64,000 nt of DNA from Bdellovibrionales bacterium. Lineage in GTDB: Bacteria; Bdellovibrionota; Bdellovibrionia; Bdellovibrionales; UBA1609. Every line of letters begins with the position of its first letter. Position 1 is the stretch's first letter. The stretch spans positions 448,001-512,000 of the forward strand of contig OZ241456.1 in NCBI GenBank assembly GCA_965200875.1, given 5' to 3'. A program made the translations under genes and the position numbers. Below are positions 39,958 to 50,400 of the stretch, piece after piece. The notes beneath the pieces are model-generated. The model had not been told where the DNA came from and made no database searches. It saw only the letters and a program-made list of their open reading frames with translations.

Positions 39958-41117
39958 AAAGTAAAAGCTCTCCTGCATCTAAAAAAGATGCTCATGCTTT
40001 TTTGTATCTTGGGGTAAAGATATCTTGTATGAATGAGAATATCTGTTGCTTGTTTTTTAGCTTCAAGAGACTCTGAATGAGAAGTGGCAATTCGCAATAA
40101 TTCCTGTTGTAACTGTTCTTTAATAGGGCTTAATTGCAATAAAATATTTTTGGAATTTTTTTTCACTTCAGATGATTCATTTGAAGTAGCCAATCGTATC
40201 AGCTCTTTATATGCTGATTCTTGAGAGGAATATGCGTTAATAATAATATTACTCGAGGTGTTCCTAGCAAAATCTGAAGAATATTCAGAAGTGGCTATTT
40301 TTACCAAATTTATTTGCATTTCAGGATCCATAGCAGGAACACCGGTTAAAATATATTCTGGCGTGGTTTTCGTAAATATACGAGAGAAACTCTTGTCAGT
40401 GGTATCATGCACCATGTTCACCAGCACTTTCTGAATTTCCAAATGGAGAATTTGATGTTTTAAAATATTTTGTGCCATTACATGGGAGACAGCAGAAAAA
40501 TTATCAGATAAAGACATTTTCAGGAGTTGCCTTTGAGACTCTAAAGATAAATTGGAATCCAATAAAACAGATTGCGCTTTTTTGCTTATATCCTCTACAC
40601 CAGAGGTTAATAACTTAAGCATTATATTTTGAAATATTTGATGAGCTTCAGTAATTTCTTTTATCGTGGAGAAGATAAGCTTGTTTATTTTTGTATTAAG
40701 TGGTGCAGATTTTATTAGAAAATAAATATAAAAGTAAGTAAGGGGTGACAAATTGTTCAGTAATCGTATTCGTTTGTAAGCGAATATTGCTCCAGGTTCC
40801 AAAAATTCAGAAAGTACTTTCTTTTGTTTTTCGTCTAAATCCAGAATATTTTTCAAAGCCTGTTCCACACTTGTTCTGATATTTACATTTTCATCAAATA
40901 AAGCTATTTCCATTAACTTTTGATGAATTGTCATATCATTTGTTTTTTGTAAATTTTTTATGTTTTTTAAACGTTCTTCAGGAGTCAAGGATAAATCAGA
41001 AAGCTCATTGAGAATATCAAAATTGGATTTCCGGGTATTGTCTGAATCATTACCAGCTGGAAAAACGGGAACAGTCCAAGTCATCCAGAGCAAAAAAAAT
41101 AAAGTTAAAAATTTCAT
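39954..41117 (-). CDS. Secreted alpha-helical (HEAT-like) repeat protein
   Basis: Signal peptide; repeated Q..L..IATS......A..IL units. Confidence 0.6.
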   Translation of the reverse strand: MKFLTLFFLLWMTWTVPVFPAGNDSDNTRKSNFDILNELSDLSLTPEERLKNIKNLQKTNDMTIHQKLMEIALFDENVNIRTSVEQALKNILDLDEKQKKVLSEFLEPGAIFAYKRIRLLNNLSPLTYFYIYFLIKSAPLNTKINKLIFSTIKEITEAHQIFQNIMLKLLTSGVEDISKKAQSVLLDSNLSLESQRQLLKMSLSDNFSAVSHVMAQNILKHQILHLEIQKVLVNMVHDTTDKSFSRIFTKTTPEYILTGVPAMDPEMQINLVKIATSEYSSDFARNTSSNIIINAYSSQESAYKELIRLATSNESSEVKKNSKNILLQLSPIKEQLQQELLRIATSHSESLEAKKQATDILIHTRYLYPKIQKSMSIFFRCRRAFTF

Positions 41118-41424
41118 AAGGTATTATTCTCCATAGCATAGTTTGTATAAAATACTGTTTCTTAGGGTTTACTGTTGGAAATTTCAAGATATTCCTCCAG
41201 CTTTCGGCAATCTAAAAAAAATTGTCAACAAGTATTTTGTTGTGTATAGCTTATTTTATCGTGAATTGTAAAAAAAAAGTGTTATTACGCGACATTCATC
41301 TAGAAAATAAATATTTTTTATCCAGTCTGTAATATTTACACTTATTTAAGGTAAATCCTGAAAAAATAATAAAGCCTTCCAAAATGTAAAGAAGAAAAAG
41401 ATATAACCTTCACTGGTTTTCAGA

Positions 41425-43812
41425 TTAGGATTTGTAAAAACCTTTTTCGGCTTTTTTTAAGAGAGCGGAACTTGGGCGAAATCTTTTTCCGTGTTTTTCC
41501 GAAAAATTATTTAACTTGGCAATTACACTTTTTAAACTAATTTCATCTGCGTATCTCAGAAGGCCCCCTCGAAAAGCGGGGAAACCAATGCCCAGAATTA
41601 AAGACAAATCCAACTCGGCAGGTGTATTTACCACTTGATCTTCCAATACCAATGCAGATTCGTTTATCATGCGGTAAAGTCCTCTTTCTATGTATTCTGT
41701 TTCCGGTATTTTTCTGGAAGAGGGCTTTAACTTCAGATCTTGATAAATCAGGCTGTTAACGGCTTCCACTTTTGACTTATTATTATAAACATAAAATCCA
41801 TTTCTGTTTTTCTTTCCTAAAAAGATGGGTCTTATTTCAGAGATCTGTTTTGGAAAATCCAAATCCCGTCCCCTAGCTTGAAAAGATTTTATCAGTTTCA
41901 AACATATATCCAAACCTAATTCATCCATGAGCTGGAAAGGCCCTATGGAGAAGCCGTAATCGCTATACGTTTGGTCAATTTGCTGAATGCCTGCTCCTTC
42001 GTATAACAGCCATAAAGCTTCTGACATCAAAGGCAGAAAAAGTCGGTGAACTAAAAACCCTGGTTTGTCTTTTACAATGAAAGGTGTTTTTCCATTTTGT
42101 GCAAGCCAACGAACTGCGGTGGAAATGGTGGCAGAGTTGGTTTTCTCTCCTTTCACTATTTCCACTAAAGATGTTTGATACACAGGGTAGAAAAAATGTA
42201 GCCCAAAAAATCTTTTGGGATCAGGGTGCACTTTAGCCAATTCAGTAATACTGAAGGAAGAAGTATTGGTGGCGAAAAGACATTTATCGGAAAGCTTATT
42301 GGCTGTTTCGGCAATCACTTTCTTTTTAATATCCAAATTTTCCACTACTGTTTCAATAACCAGATCCACGCTTTGAAAGCCAGAATAATCCATCTGTGGC
42401 CGGATTTTATGAGATTGTATTTTTATTCCCATGCCAGAATTGTTGAGGGCATTATGATTTTCATTTGTTTGTCTTTTTGTAAAAGAAAGTGGTGTTTGGT
42501 TTGCTTCCAGCTGATTCAGTTTAAAGGTGGGGTTATGTCCAACATTTACAGTGTAATTGTTCATAATAAAGTCATTTTTTTTGTAAGTTGATTTTTTTCC
42601 AAAAATATTTTTGAACAGGAGGCTCAACCCATTTGTTCGTGTTTGTCTGTTCCATATAAAGTGTATGGCTTTTAAAGCAGAAGATAAAGAAGGAGCATGA
42701 ATGTCTTTTAGCAACACAGGGACATGGTGATTGGCTAACCAGTGAGTGATACCCTCTCCCATAACACCCGCGCCCATTACCGCTACTTTGTTAATGTTTG
42801 CAGGTAAAGATGTTTTTTCTGTAGCAGAGGAGGTTTTGCCTTTGTTGAGTAAATTAACATTATTGACAGCAGAAGGCGTATGTGCAAAGTCCCGGTGGCT
42901 TTCTTTTTTTTGGAAAATGGTATGATATACATAGTTCAGGTGTTTTGTCACAGGAGAGACAGTGAGATCACAAAAAGCATTGCTTTCCTCTTTGAGAGCT
43001 GTTTTTAAAAATTTTACAGGGTGGTTTTTTTTTATGACTTCTAGGGCTTTTAAGGGAGCGGGATAAAAACCTTTTGTATTTGCCATAATCTTTTTTTTTG
43101 TTTTGTGGTAGAGAATTTGCTGGCATATAGGGATCTCAAAACATTTATCTATAAAACGAAGTGGCTTGTATTTTTGTGATGGTTTTGGAGGAATATGTCC
43201 TTTGATAATTTTTTCCGCCAGAGCGCGTGCATGTTTTTCCACATCCAAAGGATGAACCACCTCATGCACCAATCGAATACGATGAGCTTCACGGGAGGAA
43301 ATATTTTGGCTGGTCAGGATCATTTCCAAAGCTTTTTTGACTCCTATCAAGCGCGTCAGCCGGATACAGCCTCCAAAACCAGGGATTAAACCAAACTTCA
43401 CTTCTGGAAAACCAAATACAACATTATCATTAAAATTAGTGACACGATAATCGCAAGCGAGTGCTAGCTCAAGATGGTTTCCTAGGCAAGCTCCATGAAT
43501 CACTGAAATCCAGGACACATTTGCAGTTTCCATAAGATTGAGTAATTCATGTGTTTCATCTAAAAGTCTTTCCCATTTTTCTCTTCCATGGATTTTTCCT
43601 GTTTCTTTTATAAAAGCAGATTCAAAACAGTCCACTGGACTTTGAGTGTTTTTATGCACAAGTAAAGCTGTATGAACAGAAGGATTTTTAATAATTTTTT
43701 CTATGTAAGTTCTGAATTGATTTCGTAATTCTTCAGAAAAAAATAGAAAGTTTGTTTGTTCTCCTTCCAACACTGCTAGGTTTTTTTCCATTTTTAATTT
43801 CATATTTTCCAC
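41425..43812 (-). CDS. FadJ/FadB-like fatty-acid oxidation alpha subunit, divergent
   Basis: LELALAC/PEV crotonase domain; GAGVMG, NTSS, HFF dehydrogenase domain; GIGFPAFRGG. Confidence 0.85.
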   Translation of the reverse strand: MENMKLKMEKNLAVLEGEQTNFLFFSEELRNQFRTYIEKIIKNPSVHTALLVHKNTQSPVDCFESAFIKETGKIHGREKWERLLDETHELLNLMETANVSWISVIHGACLGNHLELALACDYRVTNFNDNVVFGFPEVKFGLIPGFGGCIRLTRLIGVKKALEMILTSQNISSREAHRIRLVHEVVHPLDVEKHARALAEKIIKGHIPPKPSQKYKPLRFIDKCFEIPICQQILYHKTKKKIMANTKGFYPAPLKALEVIKKNHPVKFLKTALKEESNAFCDLTVSPVTKHLNYVYHTIFQKKESHRDFAHTPSAVNNVNLLNKGKTSSATEKTSLPANINKVAVMGAGVMGEGITHWLANHHVPVLLKDIHAPSLSSALKAIHFIWNRQTRTNGLSLLFKNIFGKKSTYKKNDFIMNNYTVNVGHNPTFKLNQLEANQTPLSFTKRQTNENHNALNNSGMGIKIQSHKIRPQMDYSGFQSVDLVIETVVENLDIKKKVIAETANKLSDKCLFATNTSSFSITELAKVHPDPKRFFGLHFFYPVYQTSLVEIVKGEKTNSATISTAVRWLAQNGKTPFIVKDKPGFLVHRLFLPLMSEALWLLYEGAGIQQIDQTYSDYGFSIGPFQLMDELGLDICLKLIKSFQARGRDLDFPKQISEIRPIFLGKKNRNGFYVYNNKSKVEAVNSLIYQDLKLKPSSRKIPETEYIERGLYRMINESALVLEDQVVNTPAELDLSLILGIGFPAFRGGLLRYADEISLKSVIAKLNNFSEKHGKRFRPSSALLKKAEKGFYKS

Positions 43813-43844
43813 CTTTACTAAGTGGGCTTGGAATATTTGAGAAT

Positions 43845-45206
43845 TTAAAATTCATTTCTCAAAAGAATGACATTGCCAAATCCATTTTGCATGCCTTCCA
43901 CAACCAGCCCCCATTCCCCGTTTTGCCGTCGCAGTTCTTTGGCCAGGTTCAAAACCATGCGGGCAGAACCAGCACTTAAAGCATTTCCCAAGGCTAAAGC
44001 ACCACCATTCACATTGTATTTTTTTGCGATTTCTGCTCTTAAGTTGTTTGTTGTTTCCAATGTATTCATTGTTCCTGTATCACTTTCTGCTGATGTTTTT
44101 TCTTTGACTTCGATTGATGATTCAGAATGTTTTCCAGCAAAGAAGGTGGAATCAAATGCCTTGAGAAAAGCCAGTGCTTTTGCAGAATAAGTTTCATCAA
44201 TTTCCAGTAAATCAATATCTTGTATATTTAAATTTGCATGTTTTAACAGTTTTTCCACAGCGTGCACCAAGGAAACACAGAAACAGCTGGATGTTTTGCC
44301 GATACGGGAAAAAGAATGGATGGTCACTAAAGGAGTGTGCCCCAAAGATTTGGATTTTTCTTTGTTCATTATAAGAAACAATACGGCACCATCTGCTGGA
44401 AAACTGCTGTTACCTGAAGTAACAGTGCCATAGTCAGAATCAAAACAGGGTTTCTTTTCAGAAAGATAGCGCAGGGAAATTTCGTGTTCCAGTTCTGTAT
44501 CTTGTTCCACTAATTCAAAGTCAGTAGGAGGAAAAACTGGCAGAACTTCCTCTTTCCATTTGCCTTTTTTTTGCGCCTTGCGTGCTTTTTGAGAGCTGAT
44601 CAAGGTAAACTTATCTTGTTCTTCCCGGGAAATATGAAAGTCTTTGGATAGTTTCTCCATCATTTGCCCTTGGCTCATTCCAGAGATGGGATCTCTAAAA
44701 AGTGCTTTATCAGTGAATTGAAGGATTATATCAGAAAACTTAAAAAAGAGAATTTGTTTTGCTTTTTCTTTCCATGTTTTGGATTGCCCGATTTTTTTTA
44801 TTATTTTTGTTAAATGTGCCCCTGGTAAGATGGGTAGGTTGGATATACTTTCCACTCCTCCTACGATCAGCGTATTCACTGTGCCAAATTGAATTTTAAT
44901 TGCTGAAGAGATTAAAGGCTCTATGGCACTCATTGTTCGTATTGTTGTTGCGGGAACAGAACAGGGAAGACCAGCCCCTGAGGCGATGATATGAGCGATA
45001 TTGGAAATATTTGGGGAGCTTGTGATGTTGCTTAAGATGATTTCTTCTATTTCTTTATTGGCTGTTTGTGTTCTCTCCAGCAATTCCTTCAACAGGTAAA
45101 CCCCTAATTCCTCCGCTGGCATGTTTCTGAAATGTTGGCCGGATCTCACAAAAGGTGTGCGAAAACCTTCAACAATTACAGCTTCGTTATTTTTATATGT
45201 ACTCAT
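43845..45206 (-). CDS. FadI/FadA-like thiolase fold lacking catalytic motifs
   Basis: RTPF, GGVES, ISREEQD, GTVTSGNSS..DGA and NVNGGA present; Cys/His/Cys motifs replaced. Confidence 0.85.
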   Translation of the reverse strand: MSTYKNNEAVIVEGFRTPFVRSGQHFRNMPAEELGVYLLKELLERTQTANKEIEEIILSNITSSPNISNIAHIIASGAGLPCSVPATTIRTMSAIEPLISSAIKIQFGTVNTLIVGGVESISNLPILPGAHLTKIIKKIGQSKTWKEKAKQILFFKFSDIILQFTDKALFRDPISGMSQGQMMEKLSKDFHISREEQDKFTLISSQKARKAQKKGKWKEEVLPVFPPTDFELVEQDTELEHEISLRYLSEKKPCFDSDYGTVTSGNSSFPADGAVLFLIMNKEKSKSLGHTPLVTIHSFSRIGKTSSCFCVSLVHAVEKLLKHANLNIQDIDLLEIDETYSAKALAFLKAFDSTFFAGKHSESSIEVKEKTSAESDTGTMNTLETTNNLRAEIAKKYNVNGGALALGNALSAGSARMVLNLAKELRRQNGEWGLVVEGMQNGFGNVILLRNEF

Positions 45207-45568
45207 GTTTTATATTTCAGAAGATATTGGATGATCAATTTTTCTTGGCTTTGGTTACCCTGTGGAAAATGTACTTCATGTTGGACTTGATGTCGATGAT
45301 AAAGTCTTTCGTGGTGCAGAATTTCCTGTAATTGCTAATCTCATAATACTTGTATGCTGAAAACCGCAAAATTGGAGTCAGCGGACCGGTTTGTTTTATC
45401 CCGGACGATTGCAATATAAGAGCACTACAATCTGGGATTTAGACCGACTGTGTTAACAATTTTATCCCGGACAATGATTTAGTCGAAAATAGCCTAAAAA
45501 GGTATTTTTCATCTTTAAAAACAAGATTTTTGTTGATTTTATTACAAAAATAGACGAATATTGTTAAT

Positions 45569-46891
45569 ATGATTTATAAAAATCGGATCATTAAGATCCC
45601 TAAAAATAAAAGTCTCTTTTTATTTGGAGTCAGGGGAAGTGGTAAAACAAAGCTTTTAAAGAGGCTTTTCCCCTCAGCTTTGTATATAGATCTCCTAGAT
45701 CGTTTTCTCTATCAAAGTTATCTCTCTGATATCAGTCTGTTTTATAAAACAGTTCAGGCTTTCAGAAATGATGGCTTGGTGATTGTGGATGAAATTCAAA
45801 AAATGCCTCAGCTGTTGGATGAAGTGCACCGCTTAATTGAATCTTCCAACCGGCAATTTATCCTTACAGGTTCCAGTACCCGTAAAATAAAAAAGACCAA
45901 AGGGATAAACCTTTTAGGAGGCCGGGCAGGAAAAATGCTTCTTCATCCTTTTGTTCCTGAGGAGTTGGGAGAGGATTTTAACTTACATCAAGCTTTGCGA
46001 TACGGCCTTCTTCCTATCGTGTGGTCATCACCTGATAGAAGCGACAAATTAAAAGATTATACGGCAACCTATCTTACAGAGGAGATTAAAGCAGAAGCTT
46101 TAGCGAGAGACTTGCCTGCTTTCGCTCGGTTTTTAAAAGTAGCTGATTTATATCACGGGCAGGCGGTTAATATGAGTACCATTGCACGGGAATCTCAAAT
46201 TTCCAGACACTTTGTTCGGGAGTTCTTTTCCATTTTAGAAGACACCATGTTGGGATTTTTTCTGCCGGCTTATTACCCAAAGCTTCGATTGAGAGAACAA
46301 AAAAGTCCTAAGTTTTATTTAATTGATCCTGGCCTTGCGCGTGCTCTGAAGAACAATTTTGGTCCGGTTTCTGTTGAGGAAAAAGGTTTTCTTTTTGAAG
46401 GGTTAATCGCGCAAATTTTAAGAACTTACGGGGATTATCATAACCTTTACGAAGAGATTTACTATTGGTCTTCGTTGGAAGCTAAAAAAACAGAAGTGGA
46501 TTTTTTGTTAAAGAGAGGAGAGGAACTAATAGCCATTGAGGTTAAAGCCAAGGAGCAGGTGTCTAAAAAGGACTACAAGGGTTTACAGGCCATTAAGGAA
46601 TTGCCGGATGTGAAAAAAAGAATCTTGGTTTACTTAGGGAACACCATACTTAAAACCAAAGATGGTATTGATATATGGCCTTTTGATTTTTTTTGCCAAA
46701 ACTTAAAAGAAAATTTTAAAGTCTCGCCCACTTATAAAAAACAAAAAGTAGATCGCACCTTGCAAATTACACCAGAAAACATTTTTTTGGAACAACCTCT
46801 GAAATCACCCACTGAAGATATATCCAAAAAAGAAGGGCACTTGGAACAGCACAGTAGACTTGGTTTGATAAAAAACAAACCAGAGGAGTAA
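45569..46891 (+). CDS. AAA_14/DUF4143 ATPase with HTH and C-terminal PD-(D/E)XK-like domain
   Basis: GVRGSGKT, VDEIQK, LTGSS, PKFYLID, EVDF...AIEVK. Confidence 0.9.
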   Translation: MIYKNRIIKIPKNKSLFLFGVRGSGKTKLLKRLFPSALYIDLLDRFLYQSYLSDISLFYKTVQAFRNDGLVIVDEIQKMPQLLDEVHRLIESSNRQFILTGSSTRKIKKTKGINLLGGRAGKMLLHPFVPEELGEDFNLHQALRYGLLPIVWSSPDRSDKLKDYTATYLTEEIKAEALARDLPAFARFLKVADLYHGQAVNMSTIARESQISRHFVREFFSILEDTMLGFFLPAYYPKLRLREQKSPKFYLIDPGLARALKNNFGPVSVEEKGFLFEGLIAQILRTYGDYHNLYEEIYYWSSLEAKKTEVDFLLKRGEELIAIEVKAKEQVSKKDYKGLQAIKELPDVKKRILVYLGNTILKTKDGIDIWPFDFFCQNLKENFKVSPTYKKQKVDRTLQITPENIFLEQPLKSPTEDISKKEGHLEQHSRLGLIKNKPEE

Positions 46892-46978
46892 TTACTCGCC
46901 CGTAAAAAAATATATGATAAGGGAAAGCTTGATGTTTTGTGAAAGCAATTTTTTTAAGATAAAAAGAGGATACAATCA

Positions 46979-47287
46979 ATGTCTTTAGCACTTTCTGATT
47001 TTCAAATTCCACCTCCTGAAAATGAAGAGAAATTTGAAAATTTATGTTTGGATCTATATAAAGCAAAATTTGGAGATAAAACACAAAAAAACGGAAGGCG
47101 TGGACAGTCTCAAAATGGTGTGGATATTATTTTCAGTCAATATGAAGAATCGGAGGGCAGTATAGTCACTATAGGTATACAGTGCAAAAAAAGAGAGCAT
47201 CTTAAAAGAAAAATCACAGAACAGGAATTACGGGAAGAAGTGGAAAAAGCCTTAGTGTTTCAATTATCATACCCTTTTTTCATGTAA
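46979..47287 (+). pseudogene. Truncated Mrr/restriction-endonuclease-like gene; its tail is MITE sequence
   Basis: FENLC, GRRGQSQNGVDI, IGIQCK, EVEKA; the final residues LVFQLSYPFFM are read from the MITE. Confidence 0.75.
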
Positions 47288-47378
47288 CTTCCCCTTGGAA
47301 ACTAAAAACCAAGTTGTTGGCTTTTAGTCCCTTGCAGGCGGGAATCCAGTCAAAATAACATACTTTTTCATAGCCGAC
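47251..47378. mobile_element. MITE copy, inverted, one end lost
   Basis: Reverse complement aligns with ~7831-7956; followed by TATTTA. Confidence 0.85.
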
Positions 47379-47432
47379 TATTTAATTAAGGTGCTTGACA
47401 AAATTTTGTTTGTGCTCATAGTGTGTTGTATT

Positions 47433-50400
47433 ATGCAACAATATAAACAATATATCCCAGATGGTCCTGATATACCAGAAGAAATTGAACATGCACGCCG
47501 AAACAATGAACTGGTGTTGTTTTGTGGTGCAGGAATCTCCGCACAAAATGGCTTACCTTTGTTTAAAGACTTGGTGGAACAGGTTTGTCAAAAACTCAGT
47601 ATAGATATAGAGAAAAACCCTATTTTAAAAACAGCATGGGACAGCAAACAATATGACAGTGTTTTGGATCTGGTGGAAGGAAATGAACCATTTTCTGTTT
47701 CAAGAGAAATTTTAAGAAAAGAAGTAATAAAGATTTTAAAGAGACGAGAGGAAGATACAGAAACAGATACAAAAATAAGTACAGGTACAGAAATAGGTGC
47801 AAAAACAGGTGAAAGTACAGAAACAGGGACAAATAAAAGTAACAAAAGAAATACCCGGAATAATCAAGTTGGCAATGGTGCTCATAAGGCACTCTTGGAT
47901 TTATCTGCTTTACCAGATAATAAAGGGTATAGGTTAGTTACCACAAATTTTGACAAACTGTTTTTTAAAGCAGATCTTGATCCTGCTTTATCAGATTCTG
48001 CTCCAAAGCTTGCTCCTCCCAGAAAAGAAACATGGAAAAATCTGACATTTTTACATGGTGTTATCGATGAAAAACACGACCCTGAAGGAAGTAATCTCAT
48101 TCTTACCAGAAAAGATTTTGGTCTGGCTTATTTACATGATAATTGGGCGGCTCGATTTGTGATACAACTTTTTCAGGATTTTACAGTGTTGTTTATCGGA
48201 TATGGAGTCAATGACCCTGTGATGAACTATCTGGTTTCGGCAATCAGCTACGAAAACCAAAGAAGAAAGCAAAATGACAACAAAACAAATAGTGTTCCCG
48301 AAAGCTCCAATAAAAACAACAATGAAAATAAAATCAAACCTTCAATATACGCTTTCGCTGGATATGGTAAAGATGGTGAAAAAGAGGTAAAAAAAGAACA
48401 AGCAGAAAGCGAATGGAAATCCATAGGAGTTGAACCAATACCATATAAGATCAAAAACAATAATGATCACTCCATTTTATATGATACCATTAAAAAATGG
48501 GCCGAGTGGAAAAAAACAGGTTTGGCTGGTAGAAAAAACTGGCTGGAAGAACAATTAAAATCCCCATACAAGGAATCTGATAAACTGGAAGCACGAAATA
48601 TTATTTCTTTTCTAAAAACAGATAAAAAACTTGCAGAATATTTACCACGGATAAATTTTGAGCTTAAAGAGATACAAGAAAATACTCCAAGAGAAAACAA
48701 ACCACCAGAAAATGTAAAAGGCAAGGTGATAACAGATACAAACCTTGATCCAACACAGAAAAATCAACATAATCCAGTGGATATAAGATGGTTAAAGCCC
48801 TTTAGGGAAAATGGACTGCTGGATAAGCTTACAAATAAAACCGCAACACCAGTCACCCCAGTACTTCAAATGCCTTTGTGGGAAAATTTATCACTCACAG
48901 AATACCATATAACAAACTGGCTTTTACATCATTTGGATAAAAAAGAACTAATCCATTGGGTTATAGACCGAGGTTGCCTTTTACACCCTTTGTTTAAATA
49001 TATGATTCGCAAGGAAATGTATTATAGAGAAAGAACAAAAGCTCTCTACTCACCTTTGGATAAACGAATATGGCTTTTTTGGGAAATTATTACAAATAAT
49101 AACTATTTAACTTATCAGCCTGTCTGGGAATACGATATTGATTATGATATTATAGAAAATTTAAATAATAAAAAATATTGTTCAATCAAGGCTCAAAAAC
49201 TGCTTGAAGCATTAAAACCTTATATTTATTTTCAGCGTGGTGTCTCAGGTTCATTTTTGAAAGAAAATCCTGAGTTTAAGGATACCACCTATGATGTCGA
49301 GTTAAAAATAAACGCAAGCCATTACCCTAATGTGGAGCTAACAGATAAAAAAACATTATTGTTACATGCGGAGGATTTTTCCAATCTGCTGAAACAGGCA
49401 ATGGAGCTTGCAAAGACTTTTGAAATTATTAAAAACGGAGAGGATTCTTTTTATATCACAAGACCTTCCATAGATATACAAAATAACAGATACAATCCCT
49501 GGACTTATCTGATTGATTTAGTGAAAGAAAGTTTTGATCTCGCTATGCAAAAAGATAAACCCCTAGCCAAGTTTTTATTAAATAAGTGGCGGTTTTATCC
49601 TTATTCTGTATTTTACCGCCTTATCCTTTATGCGATTACAAAACACCCAGAATTAGAGGAAAACATAGCCCTTGATTTGTTGGAAAGCAATCCAGCCCAT
49701 ACTTTATGGTCCAGAACTTCTCAAAATGAAGTTTTTAAATATCTGAGGCATAGAAAGCACTCAGTGAAAGCTTTTGAACAATTAGTTGCTTTAATTATGG
49801 AAGGCCCTCCTCGGAGTTTATTTAAAGAAAATATTGATGAAAATATTTTTATTGAATGGAAAGAAAGAGATACTTTTCACAGATTGGATTGTCTAAAAGA
49901 AAATAAAAATTTATTTCCTGAAGAGATAAATACATATTACAATAAAATTCAGAAAAAATATTCTTTAAAATCTTCAAAAAATAATCAACATGATTTGTCT
50001 TATTTTCAAACAAGTGCTGTATTTGTTAGTGGTCAAAAACGCTATCACAATTTAATTCCTCAACAGATATTTGATGATCTTAAAAACCCTAAATCCACAC
50101 ACTGGCCGGGGGAAAAAGAACGGGAGTTTTGTTCACTGGCAAAAGACAAGCCAGACAAAGCTTTTGAAGTGTTATTAAAGTTTCCTGCTCAGGATATGGA
50201 AAGCGCGATCTATTGGGGTGCGTTCTTAAGTGGAATTGCTGAATTAAGCAACATGCAAAAAATAAGTGACATACAAAAAAGTATTCAATATTTTGAAAAA
50301 GCTCTTGAAAAAATAGAAAATCAAAATGATGAGTTGATAAAAAAATACTTAGGGTCTTTAATATACGCATGGGATCTTAAAGCCGGACCAATATATATCA

